From positions 47,122,001-47,186,000 of the forward strand of contig NW_024704743.1 of assembly GCF_018977255.1 (NCBI RefSeq): a stretch of DNA of 64,000 bases, written 5' to 3'. The notes beneath the pieces are model-generated. The model had not been told where the DNA came from, did not search any database, and worked only from the letters and a program-made list of their open reading frames with translations. Positions 39,209-52,706 of the stretch are shown one piece after another (position 1 is the first letter of the stretch; each line of letters begins with the position of its first letter). The stretch comes from Callorhinchus milii. Its lineage: Eukaryota. Made by a program: the position numbers and the translations under genes.

Positions 39209-39449
39209 TCTGAGGCCCAGACGTCTCATACCTTTACCTTCAGGCCGTTGCCTTTAAATTTTACGTTGTATGGAATTTGGAAAGAAATTTAGTCTTAATT
39301 TGAAGCCTGTTTTTCACAGTATTGAAAAAGAACTGTGGAAAATCAGCTTTCAAATTAAAGCTGAACTTGATCGTTTTCCAAAATTCCACACATTCTTAAA
39401 TTTGAAGACAATAGTAAAGCCACAGAACATTAGATATTTTGGGTCCTTG
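39209..39449. mobile_element. Palindromic MITE-like element
   Basis: agtcttaatttgaagc...ttttcacagt / actgtggaaaa...gctttcaaattaa; ends gaggcccag / tttgggtcctt. Confidence 0.7.
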
Positions 39450-39890
39450 AGTCCCTTCTAATCAAGTTTTGAAAAAGCATCCTCTGCAGTATCATTGCTC
39501 TGTTAGTGTTGGACATTGGCCTCCGTTTTCAGAATGATCTCCTGTAGTTTACAAGTTACGAGTACTGCTGCTGGAATATTACCTTTCAAATCACAAGACA
39601 ACTGTGGTGTCATTTTGGCCCCCCTTAAAATTACCTCCAAGCAAGGCACCTACTTAACATTCATGTAATGGGAATACAGAGCAAACCTACCAGCCATAGC
39701 AATGAGATGGCCCAGTCAACTGAAACCTGCCCTAAGACACTGACCCCTGCCAAAATAGATATGATTAACATGTAACATTTAAAAACACCACAGAAAGCAA
39801 ATCGTGATACAAATAAAACTGTAAAATAATACACCAAATTATTTTCCAACACACCAGCCATAGCTCCACAGGACAGAAATAACTTGGAGT

Positions 39891-40214
39891 GGAGTCCTGT
39901 AGCTCAGTGGTTAGAGCACTCGCTTTGCAAGTGAGAGACCTGAGTTCAATTCCAGGCAGGGCGAAACCTTGGGCAAGTTTCCTTACTCCACATGCCTAAT
40001 AATAATCCCTCCAAAACCAAAAACAATAATAATTTGGTCATTTTCAATCTACGACTGTTTGTGGGACATCGCTGTGCGCAATTGGCTGCCGCGTTCGTCC
40101 ACAAATATACAGTCAATTCACTTTACAGTGTGTTCTGTGAAGCGCTTTGGGACGTCCTCCCGACATGAAAAGCGCTATATCAAATGCAAGGTTTATTATT
40201 ATTATTATTATTAT
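39891..40214 (+). mobile_element. CORE-type SINE, short form, young
   Basis: Near-identical to 36786-37113. Confidence 0.95.
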
Positions 40215-40837
40215 CTTGCCAAGTTATGGCTGTTAATACAAGTAGCATGCACCAAGAAAATGCTGTTGGGTGCTTCAGCACTACAAAGCGAAGAAAACCA
40301 TCAGTAACCTTGAACAACAACAACAAAATTCCATTTTGACAAGGCCTTTCATGTCAGAGGGCCGTCCCAAGGATTCAACAAATAACATGTTGCCAAGCTC
40401 CAACAGACTGACGCATAAAAACTATTCTGACACAAAAAAGGAACAAGGAATACAATGTCGCTGCATGAATACCTCACCACAAAGCACCATCAATAGTTTC
40501 CAGATGTACGTAAATGACAGCAGAAGCAACTTAACCTCTAAAACACCAATGTTTTCTTCAGAAGCCAAGCTAACATTCACAGAAGATGGAACAATGGATA
40601 GATATTACAGAATTTGTAAAAACTAGATAATGGAGTCAATCTTACACATTTCACTTGGCCTTTATCAATGAGATTTAGTTTTTTTTCTGATCAATGTAAA
40701 AGACTTGAGATTTTAAGAAAGGAAAGTGAACAACAGACAGTTCAGGTTTAGATAATTACCGAGAGAGTGAACAATATGAGGGTACCCAGAGAGGTGGCGA
40801 AGGCCTACTTTGACAGCAAATTCAAGACAAAATTAGA

Positions 40838-41237
40838 TAATAATAATGTTTACATTTGGTATAGCGCCTTCCACAGCAACAGGGTGTCCCAAAATGCTTC
40901 AAAGAAATACTGTAAATTGGAATGACTGTGTTTTTGTGAGTGAACATGGCAGCCAGTTTGCATGCATCAATGTTTCACAGGCAGCCATGAAGTGAATGAC
41001 CAATTCTTTGGGGGGGGATTGTTAGCCAAGATCATGGGAGAATCTCTCCTTTTTTCGAACAGTGTAATGGGATCTTCAACATTCACCTGAACAGGCAGAC
41101 AGGGTCTCGGTTTAATGTCTCATTCGAAAAAATGACAGTGCAGCACACCTCAGCATTGCACTGCACTGTCAGCCTACACTGCATGAATTTAAAATCCCCA
41201 AATGGGGCTTAACCCACAACCTTCTGACTCAGAGACA
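40838..41237 (-). mobile_element. Deu-domain SINE, near full length
   Basis: gggatcttcaacattcacctgaacaggcagacagggtctcggtttaatgtctcattcg core; head aacccacaaccttctgactcagag. Confidence 0.78.
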
Positions 41238-42006
41238 AAACTGGTCTATCTGTTGTACCTGACACCTGTAACAATATTGACCATATCAAATGAACCACTT
41301 GGCAATAACATATTAATATAATATTGGCTATATCAAATCAACTGTTTTAACTTGGCTACTGAACATTTATCTAAATACACATTATCTATTGTTACATATT
41401 CAGGCTACATTCATTTTAGCAGTGACTTCATTACAAGTGCAAACATACAACACTCACACAACTAACTTCACATGCCCTCCCTTGTGAGGAAGCAGCTCAA
41501 CTCTGCCCTGTGTCTTTCACTAATTTAACATTTCAAACGAAGGACGGCACCTCCAAACATGCAGCACACACACAGCGCTGCATGGAATATCATTTAGGCT
41601 ATATGAGTTTCAAGTCCCGAAATGGGGCTGATAGGGCTGATAGCTGTTAATAGCAATATATATAGCTATTTGGCAAATCAATTGTTTGAAGGATATGTGA
41701 TATTAGAGTGACACAGGATATATGTTTTTTTTGCTTGATTAATCAACCAGGGTATGCACTATAATGTTCTTTTCTGGCCTTGTACATTCCTGTGTTCCTA
41801 TGATAGACCTTAATATATTGAAGCAAATATGCACCATGGAACTAAGTTAATTGCATAAGAGATAAAAACAAAATACTGCATATGAATTAATAGGCATTCA
41901 ATAACCTATTTTGTACACCATTTAAACAGAAGATCAAAGAAAAAAGAAAACGTGCACTTAAAAAACACTTTATCACCCTGAAACGACTCAAAACATTTTG
42001 TAAGTA

Positions 42007-42321
42007 ATTCCCGACAGGGCGAAATTTTGGGCATTTTTCCTTACTCCGACACACCTCTGTTTACCTAGCAGTGAGTAGGAACCTGCTTGTTAGTCAATTG
42101 GCAGATCGCTGTTCCGGGGGTAATAATTCCTTCAAAAAAAATAAAAATTTGATCACTTCAATCCACGACTGTTTGTGGGACACTGCTGCGCGCAATTGGC
42201 TGCCACATTTCCCCAAAAAATATACAGTCAATTCACTTTACAGTATATTCTGTGAAGTGCTTTGAGACATCTCAAAGACGTGACAAAGTGCTACATTAAA
42301 TGCAAGGATTATTATTATTAT
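42007..42321 (+). mobile_element. CORE-type SINE, long form, 5' truncated
   Basis: Begins at the end of the B-box; long internal segment and tail present. Confidence 0.9.
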
Positions 42322-43513
42322 CTGAATTATGCAACAATAAAGGCACCATGATCAGCCTCGGCAGCCCCATTTGGCCAAGGATCCTGTTTCTCATCGCTTT
42401 CCAATGCCTGTGTTGGGAATACATAATGGGGCCAAGGTCAGGCTTGTCTGAAACGCTCACTGACAATCACTCCTTAGCTTCACAAAAGAAGAATGGCCAC
42501 CATGCAGCCATACTTCAGCAACAGTCAGTGCTAAAGGAGAGAAAGGAGGAAAGCAAAGATATTTGTTGCTCAGAAAATGAAAATGGTCAAAGCTAGAATA
42601 AAAGAATCTGACAATATAACCAACTGTTCAGTTTGGATTCATCTTCTTCAATAATTAACGATGGAACAACGTTGCAGCAAATCAAATAGTCCGAACATCT
42701 GGACATATCAACAGTTACAATCCTTACAGCATATAAATAGATCAGAGCAGCAGCACACTTTATCAATGTTTGGCAAGGACAGTACTATTGCAACTGCTAA
42801 TCAAATGAATGCAAATTAAAAATATAAACCAATTGTCTGAACACATGACGAGAAAAACAAACTCCCTCAGACTGCACAAATCATAACATGGACACACTTC
42901 ATATTAGGAAATGTCAATACAGTAGTCTTCAAGGATAAGTGTCCATTTCAGCCACAGCCAGACATGTGACTGACAGACAAACTAGATTCCTCCAGAGGGA
43001 CCGTGAAGAGATCCCGTACACTAATTTAGATGAAAATCCTCTATTGCACACTTCTGGGTTTGTTGAATTTTTTGAACCATTGTGAATAAACACTCTGAAC
43101 TGGCTCCAAATAAGTACAAAAAATACCTGATTGATGTTGGATTTTGCTGAACCTGAAGTTCAGATGTTACTTGTCCAAGGTGTCTTTTGTTTCTTTTTGG
43201 TCGTTGGGTGTCTGGCACACATGGAAACCATGCTTAAGAGTGCCCAACTCAAACTGAATGATGACAACTCCACATAAGCATGTATGGTCTCTGTTTTACC
43301 TCGTAAAATATAAAACCATTGGCAGCCTCTAAAACTGAACATTATGGTGAATTGTGAAACTAAAAAGACTTGTGATGAGTGACAATTATGTTGCCCAAAG
43401 TTACTTGAAACTTTATTTTCCAGAATTGGCTGTTGGCTATGATTGATCCTTGATTGACAAGTGCCACGTGATCAGTTCACAATAGCTTCAACACATCATA
43501 GTGCCAACCATCA

Positions 43514-43760
43514 CTCAAGGGGTGCTGAATGTATGGAACTCACTACCCCAAAGGACTGTTGACGCTCAGTCCTTGAACATATTCAAGACTGAGATAGATA
43601 TATTTCTTATTGCAAAAGGGATTAAGGAATATGGGAATAAGGCAGGGTTATGGTATTAGCTGGAGTTAGATTAGAAGACCAGCCATGATTGAATGGCGGG
43701 GCAGGCTCGAAGGGCCGAATGGCCTACTCCTGCTCCTACACGTTATGTTATGTTATGCTA
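43514..43760 (+). mobile_element. CR1 3' end with (TTATG)n tail
   Basis: WNSLPQRTVDAQSLNIFKTEID and 3' UTR ggctcgaagggccgaatggcctactcctgctcct. Confidence 0.92.
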
Positions 43761-46539
43761 TCTTACTGCTTAAACATTAGTGGGTGCAGCCGATGCAGAA
43801 CTATCTGATCACTGCATGCTACTGTTGACCATTAATCCTGCACATGTTCTTAAAATTAAACACCTTCTTTATCTGACTCCAGTTAGACATGCCTGATCAA
43901 AAATAACATTCCAAGACACTGAACAATGTTAAAACTTCTATTACATAGGATTTATAATCCCAGGCAGATCTCAGTAATACAAAATACGGATAATGGAATA
44001 TAAAGTCCAATCTGGGTTTTCAATATTCAGCACGCTAAGCACATTCAATCTACCAACCACGCTTATTTAGAGACAGTAGTATATTTTAATCACTTCTACA
44101 TGCTTTGGCGAAATATCTTTGGCTGGTTTTGATTAAACTGAACTGTGAAAAGCAATGATTCAAGGACCTGGAGTAAGGAGATTTCCAAACTGGCTAATGT
44201 TACCTTCAATTTATAGAAATACTGAGCGTAGCACAAATTGTCATCCAAGCATGAGAACTGTACATAAATTAGTTATGAGCTTAATCAGGATTCAACTGTG
44301 CTGGGCAAAACATGCGTTCCTTTGGCAGCTTACCAGTATACTGGTACCAGCCCAGAAAATCTGTCTGAATTCATCACCCAAGCCTTACCACCCCCAGTCA
44401 GGCTCAGGTTAATCACGCTCAGTGAAGGTGAACCACTGAAATCCCACACGGTTTGCATAGGACATCTAACATCTACAGCTCCCATCCTTAAGGTCAGCAG
44501 CAATTGTAGTCTTACCATTTAAAAATTAGCAGGTGTAAACAACTGCCGAGATATCATCAGGACTTCCCTTTCTCTCTGTAATAAATAAATTGATAGCTGC
44601 TGCTCTTCCTTTATGCCCCCTAGAAAACCTTGAGGTTCCTTGCCATGTACCATGTCTCAGGGGGCTCCCTCTCCGCCTCCTTAAATTTTCTGTCAAACAT
44701 TTCATCGGCAATGTCTAGTGACATCTTGTGCACAATGATCATTCATGTTCAGCAGCTGCGACTTTTTGAAAATTCACTACAATGCACTCCAAGTATGCAT
44801 TTTGTCCCTTGTTGTTCATTGGAAAATCACTGTGCTTTTTCCACTGTCGCTTTAATTTGGCCATTGTACTCTAATTAACTGTAAGGAGCTCTTATACCCA
44901 GTGTATTGCAGTACCATGTTTTGCTACACACAGCTGCCACTCACCATTACAGACACACCATGCAGACATAATTTAAGATCATTACCGCAGTGCCAAATAT
45001 TCTTTAAATAACATAATTCAATGTGCATTTCTGATAATTCTTCTGCGCTGTGGGGTTTTTTTTTCATTTGAGAACATGGGTAAACCTGTTCCTAAAACTA
45101 CTGGTAGCACTCCATAACCTAGGAAATAAGTGGTAGCAGTAGCAGTGGTAACAGCAGAGATTTGTCCTCTGCTTTTCCCTCTCTGTGCAGCTCCCCCTCA
45201 GACACCAGATCATCCCCTAAATACTCAGCTACTGCAGTACAGTATTTGCTTGCAAGCAACCAATTCCAGTTGCTAATTACAATACAATTTACATTTATAT
45301 AGTGCCTTTCAAGTCAGAAGGATGCCTAATTTTCATATGAAGAGGGCTTTGCTGCTTTGAATCATTTCAATACCAGGATTATCTATCATCAGTGCATTAG
45401 TAATGATCCTACCATATCATGGCTGAAAGCTAGGAACAATCAAAAGACAACCTAGGTGGAGAGGGGAGATTATTTGCAAAAAAAAAGCTGTTCATTCCTA
45501 TAAAATTTAACATGCTTTTTAAATTAATAGGAACCTCCTTATGCTTCACAAAATAGCCTCCCCATTCCACCTCCCCCCCACACCTCCATGTTTTATTTTG
45601 TGCTACAAATCAGTGAGATCTATATCTGTGTTGGGAGCAAATGTATACAGGACAGTTCAGTTGTATTCTAATGAACTAATTTTCACCAGATGACGAGATC
45701 TACTGTAGATGATCCAAACAGCTGGTGAACATGAAGAACACAAATCACTCATCCAATAATTGATGAAATGGCATCGTATTTTCCACAACAAAACTCTCAA
45801 CCTTAAAATGGGAATTGTCCAGGGCCTGGATAGCAATGTTGACTCAGTTAAGAGCTGACATATCAGCACACATTATAGTCAATTTCTCACATTGGGGTGG
45901 CACATACATATCAGATGTGGTGTACTTTGAAATGGGGGATTCCAGTTCCACAAGAAGCATTTATACAAAAAGAACTGACACATCTTAAATAATTGAATAC
46001 TTTTTTATTTTCTGAAGGCTGGGTAAAATCTGCTCTCAAGATGAAACAGGAACGACTCAAAACGACTTGTAACAAGCCATTTCCCAATTCAATTCCATTG
46101 TACAGAATTCCTGATTCATGTGTTAAAAAAGTATATAAAGTTTGCCACAAAAATGTAGCTGATCAATTATACTTAGCTCAGATGCGACATACATATGTTT
46201 ACAATAATAATTCTTACATTTGGTATCGTGCCTTTCACATCAGTCGACTCAAGGAGCTTCACAGGATATACTATAGAGTTGAGTGACTGTATGCTTTGTG
46301 GACTATATAGATATTGTGCTTTTTATTATTTTTGTTTCAATTTGTAATTACAAGCAGCTACTGTGGAAGGTATGACAACAAAGAAATATGTGAATCAACA
46401 ATAACTTCAATGTTTGGCAAGGACAGTACTATTACAATTGCTAATCAAATTAATGCTAATAAAAAATATAAACTGATTGTCTAAACACATGGCGAGAAAA
46501 ATAAACTTCCTCAGACTGCACAAGTCATAATGGATTAAT

Positions 46540-47130
46540 AACAGCATCAATATAGCACTTTTCGCATAGCATAACGTTTTAAAGCACTTCACAGTGCAAC
46601 AGGCCTGGTCAAAGAAGTAGGCTTTAAGGCAATATTTTAAAAAGATAGAGAGGGAGTGAGGTTGTGGGGTAGAGGCAGGATCTCCAACAACAACAAATTG
46701 CATTTATGTAGCACCCTTCACATTGGGAGGACATCCCAAGGCACTGGACAGTGAAGGCTTTGCACCCAAGCTGGGAGTTGGAATCAAGAGGGGTGGAGGG
46801 GAGGGGGGAATGGGAAGATGGCCAAAGGCATAGTCAAAGAGGAGAGTCTTGAGATAGTCCTTGAAGGAGGCAAGGGTGGGGGCGAGGTGGAGAGACTGTG
46901 GGATGGAACCAGTGCCTGCCAGTGGATAAAGAGAACAGGTTGGTAAAGATTTAGCACGCTGACACAGGGAGATCCAGAGTTTAGGGGTATAGTGACTGAA
47001 TGCTTGGCCACCAATGGTAGCACAGAGGTGCGGGGATGCACAGCTGGCCCATGTTAGCCGAGTGGAGGGGGTGAGCAAATGAGTAGGGTATGAGAAGATC
47101 AGACAAAATAGAGAGGGGCTGGAGCATAAA
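46540..47130 (-). mobile_element. Two adjacent L2 3' fragments
   Basis: ORF 46704..47078 TIGGQAFSHYTPKLW...FKDYLKTLLFDYAF; tails near 46687-46750 and 46540-46595. Confidence 0.8.
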
Positions 47131-49288
47131 GAGATTTACGAATGAATCATAAATTAACTGCACATACACAAGTTCATGTGTTCATTACTGTATTTCTGTT
47201 TTTTCAGCTACTCTGTAAAATGGCCCACGACAGGATGGTTTCTACTGCACCCACACAATATGATGGAGAATTGGTATCACTACTGCCAAGAATCATAGCT
47301 CAAAGTCAACAAACAGTTTAAAATCATCCCAGGCATGAAGCCATTACGATTAGATTGTTTCGGCCCTGGGGACGAGCTATGAACACACAAAATCTGCGAA
47401 CAAGAATAGGCCCCTCAGTGCATCATGTCCATGTCTCCCCTGGTTCTTCTCTATTTGGTTCCCCAGCCCACCCCACCCCACCTACTGTATTTATACCTCT
47501 ATACAGGATACAGCAGCTTCAGCGAGAGACGGTCTGTAATGACATAGCCTACTGTGCTGTGAAATAGCCCTGTTTACACTGCAGGAAGTTTCCACAGTAT
47601 GTGTTGGCTGGGCTCTGTTGGTAGTACTCACACCTCTGGTCAAAAGCATATTCACAAGATTACTAGATTGATTCAGATGAAGAAGGCTGTTCAGCCCGTC
47701 TGGTCTCATCCCTCCAGAACACCTACTCTACCATCACAGCATCAAGTTCTTTTATAAATGCTTCCAGTGGCCTGGCCTCAACCTGTTCCAGTCATTTATT
47801 AACCTCTGAGTAAAGTAAAACTTCCTGGTGATTCCCCTGTATCGTCTCATCTCAAGACTGAGCTTTTGATTCATGCTCCACTTTGGGCCTTAAACTCATA
47901 GTCTACTCTGGCATTCCAATGCAGAACTGGGGAGATGCTGCACTGTCAGGTGAGTTGTCCTTCAGATGAGATGTTTAAAATGAAGGTCCCACAGGCCGGT
48001 TCTTCAGGTGGGTATTAAAAATCCCATTACAATATTAAAAAAAAGGGAATTTTTAACCCTTCAGGTTAATTGGACATTCACCTCAACTCTGGCGGCAACA
48101 TTTGTCTACTCTTGACAAATATTCCTTGTGAAGTGCTTTGAGGTAAGGTGCTATAAAAAAAGTTATTTTTGTCAGGAAAAACAAACGAAACAGTTCATGG
48201 ATAACATAGTATGTTTGCAACTTTTCAAAATCACACAATACAAATCCTACTTTCCAACTGCAGAGCTTCCCTGCTCAATAATAAAGCCACATCAACTGGT
48301 CTGTAGAGGTGAGATGCTTGCTTGCACATTGAAAAAATATACTGATGGTGGCATCTCCTGAAGTGACAGCCAGACTAATCCCTTTACATTGCAGTACTCC
48401 CAGCCCATTCTGGATTCCCATTAGTGAGAGGCCTGCAAAGTACTGTCTTAAAAAATACAAGCACTAGCTAGTAAATGTGTCACTAGCACGTACAGGAAGG
48501 TATATGTATTTAAAAACTCCAAATACTAGATATTTGAAATAATAGAAGCAACACGCAGGACAAAACGATAACAAAAAGGATTAGGGAAAGAATTCAGAAA
48601 TTGAGATCCACTGACAGACTAACACAAGGTAAAATGCTGAGAATATACGCGCTGTGCATGATACAAGATCAGGAAGGTCACAGTCTCCATCTGGGGTCTG
48701 TGCTGAATTAAGCCGCATTAAGATTCTGTCTACAGCACTAAGAATGACACAGAAGTGGAAGGGCCGGCACTGGGACGTTCCAATTGCCGTATTGCCGGTC
48801 CCCGTCCATTGCCTTTCATGCTCACTTGCAGTGATAGAGTCATCATTTGTGATGATCCCTTGTGAGTGGCTCGGATCTACGTGTTGGGATCCAAACAGAA
48901 GCAGGAAAAAGAACACTACTGCAGAGGTTGGCTAACAGGCAACTTGACTGGTGCCATTCTGCAGCTACCATAACCTTCCAGTGAATGGGTGACAAGCAGA
49001 GTCATTATGTAGCATATGCGATGATATTGCCTCAAAGTTATATGCTGCTAAGACAACTTTCGGCCCCTGTGCAGCTGCTCCCATTGCTTTACAGTTGTTA
49101 AAATAATTCAGAAAATCGGCATAACAATGAAGACTAAAGTTACCAATTTTTCAAAATTCTGCAATATCTTACATTTTAAGATAATGGCTTCAGGCTAAGA
49201 TAATGGGAAATTTGAGGCTTGGGTTACCTCATTCCCAATTCCCAAATAATGTGTTCCAAAGCCCCCAAGTTACTCAGTGGTGGTGATG

Positions 49289-49290
<2 letters not shown>

Positions 49291-49329
<39 letters not shown>
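49291..49329 (+). repeat. (AAT)13 microsatellite, expanded retroposon tail
   Basis: Directly precedes the reverse-strand tail ccttacatttggtattgcgcctttcac. Confidence 0.9.
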
Positions 49330-51209
49330 CCTTACATTTGGTATTGCGCCTTTCACTTCGGGAGGAGAATAACAATAATTCTTGCATTTGATATAGGACG
49401 AATGCAACAGCCAATTGTGCACAGCAGTGTCCCACAAACAGTTGTTTTTTTTTAAAAAGGGATTATTACCTCTGGAAAGCAATCCGCTAACACGTACAAC
49501 TTTGCCTACTCGATACACAAGTGTAAAATACAACTGTAATATATGAAGCTCCTTTAACGCTTTAATCCCTAATATACCAATGCACGTTAGTTAACATTTT
49601 AAAAAAAGAAAGGAATGTAAACAAATGGAACCAATGATTCTTGTTTGCTTATTTCACCTTTATAGAGTCATAGTAAATACGTTACTGAATTGAAAAATAA
49701 AAGTTGTGTTCTGTATTTCTTTATAAAACTAAGGTGCACCATGTTTTGAAAGGCAGAGATGAGAATAATCTTGAACCTTGGCATATTCTGTAGCTTGGAT
49801 GCACCAAGCAGCCAGTGAACTACCGCAGGGCTCTGAACTCAAACTACTTCATGAAAAATAAATCAGCTGCTGAAGTGGAAATCTTTAACCTTTAAAACCA
49901 AGTTAACAGTGATGAGGACTTCATCCAGGGAATGACTCAGCAGAAAGTACAAATTTCCGTTAAAAGATTTTTCCATGATAAAGAAAGTACAAAGTACAAA
50001 TACCTGTAAAATCCCCTTACACAACTCTCCCCAAAATAAATTCGGCATAGAGCTTTCTAAAATTTAGCAGCATGAGAGATTTGAAGTATTATTATCCAGA
50101 TGAAAATGGGAGCCAATAATCCACACTAGGCTAATAAAACTCTCGAATGACAAAGCACAAGATAGTGAATCCTCCTGTCGTGAAAGGCGCTCTATAAATG
50201 GAATCTTGTTGTTGTTGTTGAATGGTGCTTCAAGACAGAAGAAAAGAGGTAAACTGAATATCCTGCAGGGAATCCCAGATATATCACAGTGACAAAGCTT
50301 GCGAGACCTTGCCTCCACAGCAAGAAGACTCAGAGCAGACGTCGCAAATCAGCATGACGTTCGTGGGGTTCCCTGCAGGAGATGCACTCTAAACCCCGAG
50401 ACACTTTTTCTGCCACAAGGCGCAGTTTACCCTGCAGCTTCACTGTTCATGCATTTCTCAACCTCATCACCCGCCTGAATTATTCCTTTTATTTTCTACT
50501 ACCCATTATTCCCTGTTTCCAGCAGTTTGCACTATCCTAGGAAATACTGCAATAGAATAGCAGCATCACTGCCACATAAAAGTTTTGAAGTCAACAATTT
50601 GACTTGCAAATACAGGACTTCCTCCAGCAGCACTACACATCAATAAAACTCTTCCATTTCTGGACAATAACAGCACATATGGAAGGTTTGCACTTTTAGC
50701 ATGCGGCCAACAAAAGATTCGCCCATTTGTATTGCTTAATTTGGGCCCAGAGGGGGATGGTATGGTAAAGTTTTCCACCTGGGTATGTAGACAGGACTGA
50801 AAAATAGAAGATGCACCCTCATACACACAAACAGGAAATACCGTCAGGATTATATGTGAGTGTAAAAAGTAATCACAGATTTTGGCTGTAAAGCTAGTGA
50901 CTTACTTTTATAGCAATTGGACTACACTTACAATTGGTCACTCACTTCACGGCTATTTGTGGGACACTGCTGTGCACTAGAACCAGAGGATAGAGCTTGC
51001 ATTTGAAGGGGGGTAAATTCAAAACTAATCTGCGGAAACATTATTTCAGTGATCGAGTGGTAAATCTATAGAATAGGTTTTTCTATGGAAATGGTGGAGG
51101 CAGAAAGTATGATTCATTCAAATACAAATTAGATAGATTTCTATGAGAAAATAATATTTTGGAATACAGTATATGAGTAATTTGAGGCATGACATATGGC
51201 AAGTGTACT

Positions 51210-51850
51210 AATAATCCTTATATTTGATACTGTCTTTGAGACGGCTGAAAGCGCTTCACAGAATATACCATAAAGTGAATTAATTGTATATTTTGTGGGA
51301 GAATCACGGCAGTCAATTGCATACAGCAGTGTCCCACAAACAGTTGTGGATTGAGTGACCAAATTATTATTTTGGGGTGGGGATTATTATCCCTGGAAAA
51401 ACAATGCGCCAATCAACTAACAACCGGGTTCCTACTTACTGCTAGGTGAAGACAGAGGTGTGTGGAATAGGAAACTTGCCCAATGTTTTGCCCTGCCCAG
51501 GAATCGAACCCAGATCCTCTCAATTGAGAGGTGAGTGCTTTAACAACAACAACAACTTAGATTTATATAGCGCCCTCCACGCCGGACGGGTCTCAGAGCA
51601 CTTTACAGTAACTGATCCCGGGACTGAGCCAGGAGGGGAAGGAAGGTGACCAAAGGCGCAGTCGAAAAGAAAGGTCTTCAGCAGCGACCTGAAAATGGGA
51701 AGGGAGGGAGCGAGACGAAGAGAGTGAGGAAGGGAGTTCCAGAGCCTCGGGGCATAGTGGCTGAAGGCACGGCCGCCGAGGGTGGAATAGAGGACTCGGG
51801 GGATGAGGAGGAAGCCAGACCTGGAGAACTAACCACTGAGTTACAGAACT
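51210..51850 (-). mobile_element. CORE-type SINE, long form, interrupted by L2
   Basis: Body at 51210-51540; head resumes with taaccactgagttacag at 51830. Confidence 0.88.
51541..51829 (-). mobile_element. L2 3' end (second tail type) inserted in a SINE head
   Basis: (AAC)n tail, atatagcgccctccacgccggacgggtctcagagcactttacag, L2-like 3' coding end; TAAC at 51541-51544 and 51830-51833. Confidence 0.85.
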
Positions 51851-52395
51851 AGTATGCTTGGGAGAAACAGGCAACTTTGGACCTATGGTTCCCAAAGCTT
51901 TCCACTACTGGAGGGTTTTTCTCACCTCATGCCCAAGTCTGTTACAGACCAATCAATAGAGATTGATTGCCATGATTTGCCAAAATCTCCATTATTATTG
52001 TAGCATGCAACTGCCAGGATGGTAGAAGATGAACTAAATGGACATTGGTCTTTTTTGTCTTGCAATTCCTATTTTCCTAATTGGCTGCTGTTTTCATCTA
52101 CAGATTGCAGTTACTACACTTTATATCAATTAGCAGTGAAGGACTTTGGGACACCTCGAAATTACAGGCAGAATATCAAAGGCAAGGATAATTTTTCCTT
52201 ATGTGAGACTATCACAAGCGTGGAAGTAAATTATTTGATCCTCTCAAGCCAGTAATATATGTAATATATTACAGTTATCTGTGAGTGAGTGCAACATATT
52301 CATCTCCCCATGCCACCCTTCCCCCCACAATTCAATTGAGAAAGTTATAAACTCTTCAACCTGACAGAAGAGATTTTACATTTAAGGTAAATTGT

Positions 52396-52706
52396 GGAGT
52401 CCTGTAGCTCAGTGGTTAGAGCACTTGCTTTGCATGCGAGAGACCTGGGTTCAATTCCTGGCAGGGTGAAACCTTGGGCAAGTTTCCTTACTCCACACAC
52501 CTGATAATAATCCCTCAAGAAAAAAAAAATTGGTCATTTCAATCCACGACTGTTTGTGGGACACTGCTGTGCGCAATTGGCTGCCGCATTTCGCCCACAA
52601 ATATACAGTCAATTCACTTTACAGTCTATTCTGTGAAGAGCTTTGAGATGTCTAGAAGACGTGAAAAGCGCTATATCAAATGCAAGGATTATTATTATTA
52701 TTATTA
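52396..52706 (+). mobile_element. CORE-type SINE, short form
   Basis: Complete head, body and tail; TAAATT on both flanks is a possible TSD. Confidence 0.93.

Larger units (their letters stand above)
50980..52078 (+). mobile_element. CR1 3' portion with long 3' UTR, split by a SINE (pieces 50980-51209 and about 51848-52078)
   Basis: RTRG...LRKHYFSDRVVNL...SFKYKLDRF in the first piece; 3' end gatgaactaaatggacattggtcttttttgtc...ttcctattttccta in the second. Confidence 0.75.

Noticed and set aside
39969..40307. Recurrent small ORFs ending ...[12 protein letters not shown] (also 52474, 37027, 2615)
   Set aside because: Translations of the SINE body and (ATT)n tail, not a protein family.
40478..40537. 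Minus-strand signal-peptide-like exon VKLLLLSFTYIWKLLMVLC
   Set aside because: No in-frame ATG, a modest acceptor, and its phase-1 exit does not fit the next candidate exon at 33731.
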